From contig NC_047017.1 of NCBI RefSeq assembly GCF_902652985.1, forward strand, positions 20,212,001 to 20,276,000: DNA of 64,000 nt, in the 5' to 3' direction. A model generated the notes under the pieces. It did not search any database. It was given only the letters and a program-made list of their open reading frames with translations, and had not been told where the DNA came from. Both the position numbers and the translations under genes were made by a program. Position 1 is the first letter of the stretch; each line of letters starts with the position of its first letter. Source of the DNA: Pecten maximus. Its lineage: Eukaryota. Shown here piece after piece: positions 63,801-64,000 of this stretch.

Positions 63801-63857
63801 TTTGACAAACCTCATTTTACAGATGAGGAACTGCACAGGAAACTCTTAGAGCACCAG
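24644..63857 (+). CDS. Spectrin-repeat protein, Klarsicht/AKAP6/nesprin-like; 5' part only (3' end beyond window)
   Basis: Phase-consistent exons 24644-24809, 27885-28033, 51446-52438, 54815-54976, 63403-63601, 63736-63857. The joined translation gives spectrin-like helices with conserved Trp (LTWL...ELIQEVK...LLDRGQRFL...LAFYW; LAEFQQQYRELSQWL...LFNEYAKQLL...VNSQW; DLESDIVCLRRWLDGVE...KLLEHQ) resembling long Klarsicht/AKAP6-like proteins from memory; no KASH domain in the window. Confidence 0.75.
27885..28033 (+). CDS. Spectrin-repeat gene exon
   Basis: (H)EVKISEAELGYLSSEVWKTLTWLRRRSGYLSPSRLHSGIRLGDPPNSIK; acag/gtaggt; phase 1 to 0; GC-rich island. Confidence 0.78.
29370..29592 (+). promoter_or_regulatory. 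Candidate internal promoter/alternative first exon (MEF2/TATA site, donor at 29587)
   Basis: CTATAAATAG (29395-29404) fits MEF2 consensus CTA(A/T)4TAG and overlaps TATAAA; E-box CACCTG upstream; CpG-enriched; donor AAG|GTAAGA. Confidence 0.4.
31767..31922 (+). mobile_element. 132-bp hammerhead-bearing insertion (Penelope pLTR/retrozyme-like) with 12-bp target-site duplication
   Basis: TACCTCATACCA at 31767-31778 and 31911-31922 flanks 31779-31910; AATAAA at 31845-31850 just after the cleavage site. Confidence 0.75.
31794..31856 (+). ncRNA. Minimal type I hammerhead ribozyme
   Basis: Stem I ATTTGTC(31799-805)/GACAAAT(31841-847); core CTGATGA(31806-812)+A; stem II GCCTC/GAGGC with loop GCATATA; GAAA(31831-834); palindromic stem III ACTAGT; cleavage triplet GTC, cut after C31840. 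Confidence 0.88.
32073..32168. repeat. 28-30-bp tandem repeat x3.3
   Basis: TATTGTTTAGGCATGTACTGTACATGTA. Confidence 0.88.
36945..37765. repeat. C/T-rich complex tandem repeat
   Basis: CTCACTGACTCTCTCACACC-type ~18-21-bp subunits organised in higher-order blocks. Confidence 0.9.
44682..44997 (+). mobile_element. tRNA-derived SINE, near full length
   Basis: A-box-like GGCTCAGTTGGT (44686), B-box-like GGTTCAACAATTCCC (~44750), CORE-like GGGCAAGACACTTTACCCTAACTGCTC, tail AAACCCAACAATAAACAAACAA; second copy at 58107-58300. Confidence 0.72.
45159..45182. repeat. (TA)n microsatellite
   Basis: ~12 TA units. Confidence 0.9.
47549..47692. mobile_element. Quasi-palindromic MITE
   Basis: GTTTCATTGATATTTCTTAACTTTAAAATTTC..GAAAGCATTA pairs with TAATGCTTTC..GAAAATTTAAGATAAGGAACGTTGATGAGAC; related copy at 57950-58084. 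Confidence 0.65.
49061..49179. repeat. 30-bp tandem repeat x4
   Basis: TATTGAGGAACTT(A/G)AGTTGAATGACACCGA. Confidence 0.93.
51446..52438 (+). CDS. Spectrin-repeat gene, large 993-nt exon
   Basis: ttcag|ELIQEVKVSQGSIDHLLDRGQ... Ser/Pro-rich linker ...DYDLLEACK|gtaagg; within the longest non-repeat ORF; phase 0-0. Confidence 0.9.
52415..52546 (+). repeat. 53-bp tandem duplication spanning the exon/intron boundary
   Basis: TATGATCTTCTGGA(G/A)GCTTGTAAGGTAAGGAGTTTGATATTATATAGCCTATA x2.5. Confidence 0.92.
53212..53340. mobile_element. Palindromic foldback element
   Basis: GGTGTCGTCTGCTTCTGAAGAGTGGGGAATAAGTGACTAAGCGA pairs with TTCGGCTAGTTACTCATTTTCCCAACTCTACAAAAGCAGACGACACC. Confidence 0.65.
54815..54976 (+). 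CDS. Spectrin-repeat gene exon
   Basis: SAESDEENIGINAKVSLAEFQQQYRELSQWLDQVLQVTKRTMGTLALSEKYLTQ; gtag/gtgggt; phase 0-0. Confidence 0.88.
57950..58084 (-). mobile_element. MITE, inverted relative to 47549-47692
   Basis: GTTTCACCAATATTCCCTTACTTAA..AAATTTTCACAGAAATTAAGCATTATTGGATTTAAG..TTACTAAGGAAG..TAATGCTTTCCT matches the reverse complement of the 47.6-kb copy. Confidence 0.62.
58107..58300 (-). mobile_element. SINE copy (5'-truncated), inverted relative to 44682-44997
   Basis: Reverse complement GTTTGTGTTTTTCGGGAAGCTAAGAAACAGGCTGG..GGCAAGACATTTTACCCTATTTGCTCTGGATGGCATGCA..GTGAGGTAGTCACCAACTACTA aligns colinearly with 44775-44990. Confidence 0.78.
59808..60170. repeat. ~35-bp monomer array with a 141-bp (4-monomer) higher-order duplication
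   Basis: Monomer (A)TC(A/T)GT(G/A)AGATATCTCTAAAC(C/A)T(T/C)ACA..AAA; block 59808-59948 repeated at 59949-60089. Confidence 0.9.
60460..60707. repeat. 24-bp minisatellite x10
   Basis: ATGTCATGCCAGTGTGCCTGGTC(G/A). Confidence 0.95.
63403..63601 (+). CDS. Spectrin-repeat gene exon
   Basis: SYHEELLKQSPRHKLFNEYAKQLLQRR...VNSQWEVVEKAV...ETMLK; acag/gtattt; phase 0 to 1. Confidence 0.9.
63736..63857 (+). CDS. Spectrin-repeat gene exon
   Basis: (D)LESDIVCLRRWLDGVENSLSTFDKPHFTDEELHRKLLEHQ; ccag/gtatgt; phase 1 to 0. Confidence 0.9.
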
Positions 63858-64000
63858 GTATGTTGTTTAATTTCAACATGTATATAACTGCTTTAAAATA
63901 AAGCTTTCTGACAATTAACATACACTTACTTCACCCATGGAGCAATAAAAACTATCATGAGATAGTGACATAACTTGAACAGATTTTGCCAACTGACATT

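Overview
AT-rich, intron-rich animal genomic DNA. The repeat families resemble those of bivalve molluscs, possibly a scallop; this is inference only. Three protein-coding genes can be reconstructed from splice sites and phases. (1) AHSA1/Aha1, an Hsp90 co-chaperone, on the minus strand (9 exons, 7034->1114), with an apparent 1-nt frameshift in exon 5. (2) DDX52/Rok1 DEAD-box (DESD) helicase on the plus strand (16 exons, 7420-17038, 648 aa), head-to-head with AHSA1 across a 385-bp spacer containing a perfect heat-shock element. (3) The 5' part of a large spectrin-repeat gene resembling Klarsicht/AKAP6/nesprin (plus strand, 24644 to beyond 63857, with a 23.4-kb intron). The most striking non-coding item is a 132-bp insertion flanked by 12-bp direct repeats in that intron. 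It carries an intact minimal type I hammerhead ribozyme (31794-31856) of the Penelope/retrozyme kind, in sense with the host pre-mRNA. Also present are a nested pair of inverted SINE/MITE copies bracketing two in-frame exons (circRNA geometry), a 2.8-kb G-rich satellite just after DDX52, and many minisatellites, palindromic elements and SINE/Helentron-like fragments. Almost all short ORFs in the supplied track are spurious.
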